In this document: positions 8,079 through 16,116 of the stretch, piece after piece
Position numbering within the stretch: position 1 is the stretch's first letter
Layout: the number at the start of each line of letters is the position of its first letter
Assembly: GCA_001899315.1 (NCBI GenBank)
Contig: MOYA01000004.1
Span: 54,477-118,476, forward strand
Reading direction: 5' to 3'
Length of the DNA: 64,000 nucleotides
Origin: Candidatus Obscuribacter phosphatis
GTDB lineage: Bacteria > Cyanobacteriota > Vampirovibrionia > Obscuribacterales > Obscuribacteraceae
Made by a program: the position numbers and the translations under genes
Notes under the pieces: generated by a model
What the model was told of the DNA's origin: nothing
Seen by the model: only the letters and a program-made list of their open reading frames with translations
The model's database searches: none

Positions 8079-9257
8079 ATGACCTCTGAAAAAATCCCCG
8101 TCACGCTCGTGACAGGCTTTCTCGGTTCGGGCAAGACGACCCTGCTCAACCACCTTCTCAGTCAACAGCACGGAAAGCGTCTTGCCATCATCGAAAATGA
8201 ATTCGGTGAGATTGGTATCGACGATACACTACTGATCGATGCCAACGGTTCCAGCGGCATCTTCAAGATGAACAACGGCTGCCTTTGCTGCACGGTCAAG
8301 GATGATTTGGTTACCACCCTGACCACCCTGCATGAGCGTCGTGCCGAGTTCGACCAAGTGGTCATCGAAACCACCGGTGTTGCCAATCCGGTCGGCGTGC
8401 TCAAGACCTTCCTGCTCAACGAAGACCTGCAAGAGATGTTCTCGGTGGACGCAGTCGTGACACTGGTGGACGCAGCCCACATTCTCGATCATCTCGATCG
8501 AGAGGAATGCCGAGAGCAAATCGCCTGCGCAGACCTAGTCATCGTCAACAAGATCGACCTTGTTTCCGAAGGCAAAGTTCTCGAAGTCGAAGCCGCCATC
8601 AAGAGCATGAATCCTCTGGCAGCGCTTGTAAGGCAACAGCGCAGCGCCATGCCGAGCAACCAGATCTTCGGTCTGAATGCCTTCATGAGCGCTCCAAACC
8701 TTCTCGGTCAGAGCGCGACCGAAAGCGGCGAAGGCAGCAACTGCGCCCATGAGGGCGAACAGTGCGGACACAATCACGATCACGGTCACGATCATGACTG
8801 CGGACACGGGCACGACCACGGTCACATCAATGGCCATGTGCACGAGCACACGCATGAATGCGATGACAAGGAAGGCCATTGCAGCCACGACCACGGTCAT
8901 GCGCATGCGCACGAGCATTCACATCATCACGACATCGACCTGCAATCGGTGAGCCTCCAAGTCGAGCAGCCAATCGACAAGGTCAAGTTCAATACTTGGT
9001 TTGCCGCACTTCTCTTCAACCAGGGCGACCGGCTCTATCGCGTCAAGGGCATCCTGCACTTCCATGGCGAAGAGCCTCTGGTGGTGCAGGCAGTACACCG
9101 GGTGGTGGAGACCGCTGGCAGAACTGGCTCCAGCCAAGCGACGGCCGCAAACGAGCAGAAAAACAAGACCAGCAGTCGCATCGTCTTCATCGGCAAGATC
9201 GGACAAGCGGAGAAAGTCGAAATCGAAACCGGCTTCAAGGCTTGCCTTCAGGTCTAA
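8079..9257 (+). CDS. COG0523 (CobW/ZigA/YeiR-like) metallochaperone GTPase
   Basis: AAGGAG SD. P-loop GFLGSGKTT, metal-binding GCLCCTV, and a long His-rich insert (HNHDHGHDHDCGHGHDHGH...). Starts 9 nt after the ZIP stop. Confidence 0.9.
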   Translation: MTSEKIPVTLVTGFLGSGKTTLLNHLLSQQHGKRLAIIENEFGEIGIDDTLLIDANGSSGIFKMNNGCLCCTVKDDLVTTLTTLHERRAEFDQVVIETTGVANPVGVLKTFLLNEDLQEMFSVDAVVTLVDAAHILDHLDREECREQIACADLVIVNKIDLVSEGKVLEVEAAIKSMNPLAALVRQQRSAMPSNQIFGLNAFMSAPNLLGQSATESGEGSNCAHEGEQCGHNHDHGHDHDCGHGHDHGHINGHVHEHTHECDDKEGHCSHDHGHAHAHEHSHHHDIDLQSVSLQVEQPIDKVKFNTWFAALLFNQGDRLYRVKGILHFHGEEPLVVQAVHRVVETAGRTGSSQATAANEQKNKTSSRIVFIGKIGQAEKVEIETGFKACLQV

Positions 9258-9290
9258 AATTCTCAATCGGCTTAGAGGAGTATCAATTCT

Positions 9291-9917
9291 ATGGATAACT
9301 TCATCCCCAAAGCTTTCACGCAAGAAAAGGACGAGTGTCCGGTCTGCCTAGCCCGACTCGATCTAGAAGCAACCATGCCTCAAGTCGCCGCCAGCCTCGA
9401 TAAGTTGCTTGTCACGGCAATGCAAGACGGTGTGGGCAGCGCTGTTTGTCGCGCCCTTCTCGACCTGCACAGCAGTTTCGGCAAAAGCCACGCCGACTAT
9501 CGGGTCGCCTTCTCGCTCAATCTCTCCATCTGGTTCTCAGCTGAGCGGTTCGGAAGGGTAAAGAAGGTGCCCGATCTAATCCTCGCCTATGAAGAGTATC
9601 GCGGCGAAGCAAGCAAATCTCTCTCTGCTCTCAAGGCAGCGGTGCAAAATCTGCAGCAAGTTTGCCTGACAGACGCAGAAGGAGAGGTATCGAGCCATGA
9701 CAGCTCTAGCAAAGACGGCTCTAGCAAAGACAGCTCCAGCAAAGACAGTTCCGGCAACGGCGATCTATCCAACAAGGGCAAGAACAGCTCGCTTGTTATC
9801 GAGCTGTCCGAGTTTCTCACCGCCTTCAACGACTTCCAAACCAAGGCTGAACGCTTCTGGCTGGAAGTTGATAAGTGGACTGACAAGCGCCGAGAGGACG
9901 CCTTCAAGGTCGTCTAA
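9291..9917 (+). CDS. hypothetical protein (third gene of putative zinc cluster)
   Basis: GAGGAG SD, 33 nt after the COG0523 stop. Contains CPVC and an SSKD(G/S)SSKDSSSKDSS low-complexity tract. No family recognised. Confidence 0.6.
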   Translation: MDNFIPKAFTQEKDECPVCLARLDLEATMPQVAASLDKLLVTAMQDGVGSAVCRALLDLHSSFGKSHADYRVAFSLNLSIWFSAERFGRVKKVPDLILAYEEYRGEASKSLSALKAAVQNLQQVCLTDAEGEVSSHDSSSKDGSSKDSSSKDSSGNGDLSNKGKNSSLVIELSEFLTAFNDFQTKAERFWLEVDKWTDKRREDAFKVV

Positions 9918-9971
9918 TCAGGGCGCCTACACGTACCAGATCGGCGCTCGGTCAGCCTCAACAGCATAAGC

Positions 9972-10005
9972 AAGGAGAGCAGTGGACTTGTCCATTGCTC
10001 TCCTT
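9972..10005 (+). terminator. hairpin, possible terminator
   Basis: 10-bp stem AAGGAGAGCA / TGCTCTCCTT; no clear T-run. Confidence 0.35.
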
Positions 10006-10121
10006 CGCTTGCCCAAATCGCAAATGGTAGACATCTGCCTGACCTGCCATTCTATGTACCGCCCGCACCCCTTATTTGTTGCTTCATTTATTCTTTGCAC
10101 CTCTTGTTTTCACTTTTACTC

Positions 10122-10136
10122 TTATTGCTTATAGTA
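10122..10136 (+). promoter_or_regulatory. recurrent 15-mer TTATTGCTTATAGTA
   Basis: See 5306-5320. Followed by ATACCCGGACAAAGGGG. Lies about 150 nt upstream of the 10285 gene. Confidence 0.3.
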
Positions 10137-10284
10137 ATACCCGGACAAAGGGGAGCGAGGATAGAGCGATGGGAAGAGGCTCTCGCTCTACTCGATAGTT
10201 CAAAAATCAAATACAAAGCGCACCTCTGGAAACCATATCTCAAGAGCCGAACCCTTAAGTGATTGCTCTATAATTGACTGCCAT

Positions 10285-11079
10285 ATGCTCAATTACATGC
10301 AAATTCTCAAAGCCCTGTTTTGCTCCCTGGCAAGCATTCTTCTCTTGGCACCGTCGCCGGCCAAAGCACAAACAGAAACCCTCTTCCTTCGCCAGAAAGG
10401 CAACATAGTAGGCACTATTAATGTCTACATGAACAAAACCGCTCTGAGAGTAGAGTTCGGGAAGCCATCCTGTTATCTCATCGCCACTGCACCGAAATGG
10501 GATATCACACTCTACAATGAGCTCAACAAAAACGGCATGTGCATGTCTCTAGACGAATGGCTAAAGCACACACCTCACTGGCTCTTTAGCCTAGAAGACG
10601 AAGAATGGCTGCGAAAAATGCCGGTTCTGCCGAGCAAAACAGAACGGCTCTTGGGCGAAAACTGTCTGGTATACAGACTTGCGCACAAAGAAAAAGACGG
10701 CAAGATCAAAGCCAAGTTAGGCGGAATACATGGACGTATTTTTATGGCTGAAAACAACTTGGCGCCGGAAGAGGCGTGCAGCATTCTCAGGCGTATACAT
10801 TCAATACCTGAGGCAATTGGCAAGGGCATACCCTTGCAAATCTTGCACGAAGCGGAAAGTCAGCCCGACGGCAAAAAGCTGGAAGCAATGACCTTCAAAT
10901 ACCCAAGAACAGCCACCAGCCAAGCGCTTCTCACTGAAAAGCGCAGCTTACTGAAAGTAGCGCCGAATAAGTTGTTTCAGGTCCCCAGCCAATTTAACAA
11001 GGTAAAGCAGGAAGATCAGGTACTCAGAGACCAAACCCATCAAGACCGGTCGCAACTCTTGCTGGAGCTGATGAACTAA
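10285..11079 (+). CDS. secreted hypothetical protein
   Basis: Signal-peptide-like N-terminus LFCSLASILLLAPSPAKAQ. No family recognised. Confidence 0.6.
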   Translation: MLNYMQILKALFCSLASILLLAPSPAKAQTETLFLRQKGNIVGTINVYMNKTALRVEFGKPSCYLIATAPKWDITLYNELNKNGMCMSLDEWLKHTPHWLFSLEDEEWLRKMPVLPSKTERLLGENCLVYRLAHKEKDGKIKAKLGGIHGRIFMAENNLAPEEACSILRRIHSIPEAIGKGIPLQILHEAESQPDGKKLEAMTFKYPRTATSQALLTEKRSLLKVAPNKLFQVPSQFNKVKQEDQVLRDQTHQDRSQLLLELMN

Positions 11080-11153
11080 GGCAAAAGAATGCAGTAAGAA
11101 AAAACGAGTGAAATCTAGAGAAAGCGAGTGAGATCTAGAGCCAGCGTGAGAGC

Positions 11154-12335
11154 GTGAGACAAACTTTCGAAAATACAAAAGCACAAGAACAAAAAGGTCA
11201 AGCGCCAGTGAACACGCCAGAAGACATAATCAATTTGTTCGAACTAGAGCAAGCAGCTCGAACAAAAATGGGCAACCAGACAGCCTGGGACTATTATGCA
11301 AGCGGCGCCATGGACGAGATCACTTTGCGCGAAAACAGGCAGAGTTATGAGCGAATTTTCTTAAGGCCGCGCATGCTTGTCGATGTCAGCCAAAGAGACT
11401 TGAGCACAAAAGTCTTGGGGCAAAAAGTCGACATGCCCATACTCATTGCCCCCACAGCTTTTCAAAAACTAGCTCATGCAGATGGAGAACTAGGAACCAT
11501 CAAGGCAGCCAATCGCTGCGGCACGATCATGTGCTTGAGCACCTTAGCCACTAGCTCTATCGAAGAAGTCGGAGCCCAAGCCGACAACAATCTCTGGTTC
11601 CAGCTATATGTTTATAAAGACCGCGAAATTACCAAAGACCTGGTGGCACGGGCGAAAGCCGCCGGCGCCAAAGCGCTGGTTGTCACAGTCGATTCGCCTT
11701 TACTTGGAAGACGAGAACGCGATATTCGCAATCGCTTTACACTACCCAAAGGGCTGACTGTAGCCAATTTGAGCAAAGCCGGTCTGGAAAATTTGCCTGA
11801 CGACGGGTCTGGTAATATGCCAGGCAATACGAAAGAATCCGGACTGGCGGCTTACATAGCTTCGCTTTACGACGAATCTCTTACATGGAAAGATCTGAAT
11901 TGGATCGCCCAGTTGAGCGATTTACCCTTGCTTGTCAAAGGCATACTGCGCGCCGACGACGCCAAGCGTGCCATTAAATGCGGTGCAGAAGGCATTATTG
12001 TCTCAAATCACGGCGGTCGACAATTAGACACGGCAATACCAACAATAAGCGCTCTGGCAATGATAAAAGATGCCGTGCCGAAAGACTTTGAACTATTTGT
12101 AGACGGCGGCATCAGAAGGGGTAGCGATATCTTGAAGGCTCTAGCCTTGGGTGCCCGAGCCGTCTTGATCGGACGCCCGGTACTCTGGGGCTTAGCCGTA
12201 GCAGGAAGCGAAGGCGTTGATCTAGCTCTCAATCTATTGCGCAAAGAACTAGATCTAAGCATGGCTTTGAGTGGTGTCAGTTCGCTCAAGGAGATCAAGC
12301 GAGACCTGCTGGTTGATAGAAAAGACCTGATTTAG
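11154..12335 (+). CDS. FMN-dependent alpha-hydroxy-acid oxidase/dehydrogenase (L-lactate or glycolate oxidase-like)
   Basis: WDYYASGA, ILIAPTAFQKLAH, VVTVDSPLLGRRERD, IVSNHGGRQLD, VDGGIRRGSD. Start is uncertain (GTG 11154, or a later GTG). Confidence 0.85.
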   Translation: MRQTFENTKAQEQKGQAPVNTPEDIINLFELEQAARTKMGNQTAWDYYASGAMDEITLRENRQSYERIFLRPRMLVDVSQRDLSTKVLGQKVDMPILIAPTAFQKLAHADGELGTIKAANRCGTIMCLSTLATSSIEEVGAQADNNLWFQLYVYKDREITKDLVARAKAAGAKALVVTVDSPLLGRRERDIRNRFTLPKGLTVANLSKAGLENLPDDGSGNMPGNTKESGLAAYIASLYDESLTWKDLNWIAQLSDLPLLVKGILRADDAKRAIKCGAEGIIVSNHGGRQLDTAIPTISALAMIKDAVPKDFELFVDGGIRRGSDILKALALGARAVLIGRPVLWGLAVAGSEGVDLALNLLRKELDLSMALSGVSSLKEIKRDLLVDRKDLI

Positions 12336-12446
12336 AGCTGATTTAGAGCTGAAGAACCCTATCTCAATTGACCACAACACCTCAAGACAAGCAAAGATAA
12401 CACAAGCAAACTAGCGCCAAAATCGAGCCTCTTTCTTTGTATTCTC

Positions 12447-12461
12447 TTATTTCTTATAGTA
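12447..12461 (+). promoter_or_regulatory. recurrent 15-mer TTATTTCTTATAGTA
   Basis: 14/15 identical to the 10122 copy. Sits between convergent genes, immediately before the 12473-12509 hairpin. Confidence 0.25.
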
Positions 12462-12472
12462 AATAAATTCAA

Positions 12473-12509
12473 AGAATAAAGTCGACAGACTGGCTGTCGA
12501 CTTTATTCT
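12473..12509. terminator. bidirectional terminator
   Basis: Perfect 16-bp stem AGAATAAAGTCGACAG / CTGTCGACTTTATTCT with loop ACTGG, between convergent genes. Confidence 0.7.
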
Positions 12510-12619
12510 AGAAACAGCACTGTGCTATCGACGCGCCTCAAGCTCAAAGCAAGAAACGCGCCGATAAACACAGTTGCAGGTAAACAGTTAAGCTGGCGAT
12601 CAGGCAGTCAGGAAAAGAC

Positions 12620-13714
12620 TCAGATGGGCTGACCGGGATTGATTAGCTCGTTGAGCACTTGCCGTTCACAGTCGCTGAGAAAGACCAGCATGTTGAGCAA
12701 GACCGGAGCGGTCTTGGCGCACGTTATCCAACCCATGGACAGCTCGCGGCTGTTGCTGGCTGCAGCATCGACGTGAATGGCGATGGCGGCACCGACGAAG
12801 TCTCGACCCTTGACCGAAACGCCAAAGGGAGGATACTCACCGCCGGTGATACCAGAGAATGCTCGCAAAGTGACAGGCGGCACGCCGAGGCTTGCTGCCA
12901 GATCCTCTGACCTGGTCTCTCCAGTCACTGCAGTCACTGTGGTCACAGCCTCGACGGGTGCCACGAAAGCGCTGAGGCGACCATAGGCATTCAGCCAAAC
13001 CACCAAAACCGGGTCTCCAGTCTTGGGCGGCTCGCTCACTTTCGCCATAGCCAAAGCCGCTTTCATCGAAGCCTCAGGCTCGAAATAGGCTTTCAAACCC
13101 TCCTTGCCTGAACTCCTCTCTGCGCCTTGCCCATAACTACCAGTCTCATCCAAGGCAACATAAGCACTGCTGGTAAAGACCGGTGTGTTGAAGTCACCAG
13201 CCATCTGCACCTGTGGCTTGACCTTGGCTTCTTTGGATTCTTTTCGGTTGCGCCAGGCGTTCTTCCAGGCTTCACCGTGGATGAACTGTTTGTAGGCAAG
13301 AATCTTTCTGGACTTATTTGCCGCCCGAGCTTTGTCGAAAGCCCCGGCAAAGTAAATCCCCATGCCGATGCGCACCATCAGAGCCGCCAGGCTGACGAGC
13401 AAAAGCTCGACCAACCAATGCCCTGACAGTTCGGCAAACAAGGTGAAGGTCCAGATAAAGACACTCAAGCCGACAAAGACTGCCAAGCGAGAACCAGCTG
13501 CTTCACGCCGCATCCTCAGGACTGAGTCCTTCCGGAGAAATGCGACGAACTCGTCATGGTTGCCCAGGCGAGGCACAACTGACGACTGAAACGCCAGTTC
13601 TTTCTTGAAACAGTCGTACATCAGATAAACACTGACAAGAGCCATGAGCGTCGAAACGCCCATGGCTAAGTCGAAGGCGAATTCATACAAGACGTTCAGT
13701 AACACGTTCAGCAC
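12620..13714 (-). CDS. membrane protein with possible YbaK/aminoacyl-tRNA-editing-like C-terminal domain
   Basis: GTG start with GGAG upstream. About 4 N-terminal TM helices. The C-terminal DLAASLGVPPVTLRAFSGITGGEYPPFGV..AIHVD weakly resembles YbaK-type domains. Confidence 0.5.
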   Translation of the reverse strand: MLNVLLNVLYEFAFDLAMGVSTLMALVSVYLMYDCFKKELAFQSSVVPRLGNHDEFVAFLRKDSVLRMRREAAGSRLAVFVGLSVFIWTFTLFAELSGHWLVELLLVSLAALMVRIGMGIYFAGAFDKARAANKSRKILAYKQFIHGEAWKNAWRNRKESKEAKVKPQVQMAGDFNTPVFTSSAYVALDETGSYGQGAERSSGKEGLKAYFEPEASMKAALAMAKVSEPPKTGDPVLVVWLNAYGRLSAFVAPVEAVTTVTAVTGETRSEDLAASLGVPPVTLRAFSGITGGEYPPFGVSVKGRDFVGAAIAIHVDAAASNSRELSMGWITCAKTAPVLLNMLVFLSDCERQVLNELINPGQPI

Positions 13715-13829
13715 GTTCTATACTCCGCTGGTTTTCTTGGTTGGAATACTCGAATACTGGCATTCTGATTTAAGCAGCGACACCACCGTGGTGCCGCTGC
13801 TGGCTGTCATCGCTGTAGTAGCTGACTAG

Positions 13830-15914
13830 CTACTTAATCGCCTCGATCTTGATCAGCTTGGGACCGAAACGATCCGAACTTTCCGGGTCGTCCTGCGGCA
13901 CTTGGCCCAAGACCGGATTGCGCTTGCCGTTCGAACCATCCGGGTAGGGATGCAGTTCGTCCATGCGCTTCTCCACCATGGGTGCAGTTACCACCGAGAG
14001 ATGCGCCCGGGTCAGTTCCCAGGGAGTGCGCACACCGGCTGTCTTGAGGAACATGAGCAGGGACCGCTGCAGGACCATGTTGTAGTTGGCCACTTTCACA
14101 TACTTGTCCTGCGGATCAAGACCACGACGCAGACGGGGGTCTTGAGTCGTAATGCCGGTCGGGCACTGATTGGTGTGGCAGCGCAGAGCCATGATGCAGC
14201 CTTCGGCAATGAGGTTGCCACGGCCGATGTTGACCATGTCGGCGCCCATGGCGATAGCAATAGCCACATCATCGCCGCGAGCAATTTGACCAGAGGCGAT
14301 GAGCACGGTTTCGTCGCGCACACCATGCTTACGCAGGATGTTGTCGACGATGGGAATGGCATGCAAAATAGGCAGACCAGCGCGATCGGCTAGGTCGACC
14401 GGTGCTGCACCAGTGCCGCCCTCGCCACCATCGATGGTGATCCAGTCCGGAGCCTCGCCGCTCTCCTTCATGTAGCGGGCGATCTCTTCGATGGCTTCTT
14501 CTCGACCGACGACAATCTTGATGCCGACCGGCTTGCCGGTGGTTTCTTGCATCAGTTTGACGAAGCGGAAGAGCGAAGGCACATCGTTGAATTCGTCCCA
14601 GGCATTGGGAGAATAGCAGTCTTCGTTCTGGGGAATACCGCGCCAGAGAGCCAGCTCGGGAGTGATCTTTTCTTTCGGCAACTTACCGCCCTGACCGGGT
14701 TTTGCACCCTGAGCCAGTTTCAGCTCGAAGCCGACGATCTGATCGTTCTCCGCCACCTGCCGCACCTTTTCCAGGTCAAGCATGGTGAAGGGCTGTTCCA
14801 TTGCCTGTCCGGCAAAGCGATAGATGCCGCGCAGGGTCTGCTCGGCAATGGCACGGGTGACCGACTTGCGGAAGCCAAACTTGGCCGGGCCAAGCTGGAC
14901 GATGATGCGACCACCGCCCACCACTTCGCCGGTCGGTTCGGTCGGAACCGAAACCAGACCAAAGGTCAGCGACGAGAGCAGCTTACGCACTTGCCAGCGC
15001 GTTTTCTTGTCGGCCTCCACCCGTTTGACCACGCCATCCAGGTGATAGGGGGTGAGCCCGCCTTCACCGGTGAGCATGTGGATATTGGCCAGCTTGGCAC
15101 CACTCGACAGAGCCTGAACAGCTTCAGCCGAGAGAGCACCCCAGCTCATGCCCGAGATATTGATCGGCCACGGACAATGGTAAGGCTTGCGGCGCTTGGC
15201 ACCGATGACCAGGGGCGGCAGACGGTTGCCCATGCGCTCGGTATCAGGAATCGGGAAGAGCCCCGGCAAGATATGGATCTCGCCTTCCTGATTGTATTTG
15301 CGCTGGGTGCCGAAGCCCAAGTTGTTGTTGATGCCCTTGGCGGAGCGATAAATATAGCGCCGAGTCACCCGATTATAGGGCGCCTCCTCGGTATCGCTCA
15401 TAAACCAATACTGCCGCAATTCGTCGCCGATGAGCTCGAAGCCATAACGGCACCAGCCAATGAGCGGGAAGTTGCGACGGATGGTGTGCTTGCGCTGCAG
15501 AAAATAGTCGTGCACGGCCACCTGGGTGAGGAAGGTCATGAGGGCAAAGATGAGCCCCGCCATTTCACTGAGGAAATGCCAGCCCAGCCACCAGGCCAGG
15601 AAGGTAAGACCGAGCGAAACAGGCAAGGCCACACTTTGCCTTTGCACGAACTCGTTGATGGAAACCTGGATGGCCACGGCCAGAACGCCGAGCACCAAGC
15701 CGTATTCCAGACCGGCGAAGCGCCAGCCCAGGGTTGTGGCAATGATGGTGATGGCAACAATGGCGTGGTGATGACGCTTGAGGTCGCGCACGCTCAAGGC
15801 GAGAGCGCCGCCTACGATTGTGAATGCCAGAGCCGAGGCGCCACCGTCGCCGATTGTCCAACCGGCTAGACCGCCAAGTAGCGCCAATGCTGTTGCAAAG
15901 ATGATCCAGAACAT
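13830..15914 (-). CDS. FMN-binding glutamate synthase family protein (GltS FMN domain) with N-terminal TM region
   Basis: ORF 13830..16079 trimmed to ATG 15914 (MFWIIFATAL...). PWPINISGMSWGALS, LTGEGG, KLAQGAKPGQGG, TIDGGEGGTGAAP and CHTNQCPTGITTQ are typical of the family. Confidence 0.85.
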   Translation of the reverse strand: MFWIIFATALALLGGLAGWTIGDGGASALAFTIVGGALALSVRDLKRHHHAIVAITIIATTLGWRFAGLEYGLVLGVLAVAIQVSINEFVQRQSVALPVSLGLTFLAWWLGWHFLSEMAGLIFALMTFLTQVAVHDYFLQRKHTIRRNFPLIGWCRYGFELIGDELRQYWFMSDTEEAPYNRVTRRYIYRSAKGINNNLGFGTQRKYNQEGEIHILPGLFPIPDTERMGNRLPPLVIGAKRRKPYHCPWPINISGMSWGALSAEAVQALSSGAKLANIHMLTGEGGLTPYHLDGVVKRVEADKKTRWQVRKLLSSLTFGLVSVPTEPTGEVVGGGRIIVQLGPAKFGFRKSVTRAIAEQTLRGIYRFAGQAMEQPFTMLDLEKVRQVAENDQIVGFELKLAQGAKPGQGGKLPKEKITPELALWRGIPQNEDCYSPNAWDEFNDVPSLFRFVKLMQETTGKPVGIKIVVGREEAIEEIARYMKESGEAPDWITIDGGEGGTGAAPVDLADRAGLPILHAIPIVDNILRKHGVRDETVLIASGQIARGDDVAIAIAMGADMVNIGRGNLIAEGCIMALRCHTNQCPTGITTQDPRLRRGLDPQDKYVKVANYNMVLQRSLLMFLKTAGVRTPWELTRAHLSVVTAPMVEKRMDELHPYPDGSNGKRNPVLGQVPQDDPESSDRFGPKLIKIEAIK

Positions 15915-15963
15915 TGTTTTGTCCTCTCTAGAGAAAGTACCGGGTTGAAAACAGGGGCGAGGC

Positions 15964-15983
15964 AATAACCGATATCGGTTATT
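15964..15983. promoter_or_regulatory. perfect 20-bp palindrome AATAACCGATATCGGTTATT (copy 1)
   Basis: Self-complementary. Lies 50 nt upstream of the gltS-like start (15914) and downstream of the pepN-1 stop (16117). Identical core at 30583-30602. Confidence 0.7.
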
Positions 15984-16116
15984 CAAAAAACTGACTGAGC
16001 AGTTTTCTTTCGCCGATAGGTCATGCCGGCCCCTGTTTTCGGTTACGTCAATTGCTTGGCTTGAGCCGATAAGCTTCAACGCTTAGGCACTTCCTCTTGG
16101 AAAAACCTATTCGTCT

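Noticed and set aside
7329-9351. Several short ORFs on both strands across the His-rich regions of the ZIP and COG0523 genes.
   Set aside because: These are alternative-frame artefacts of CAC/GAC-rich repeats. The sense frames carry ZIP and COG0523 signatures.
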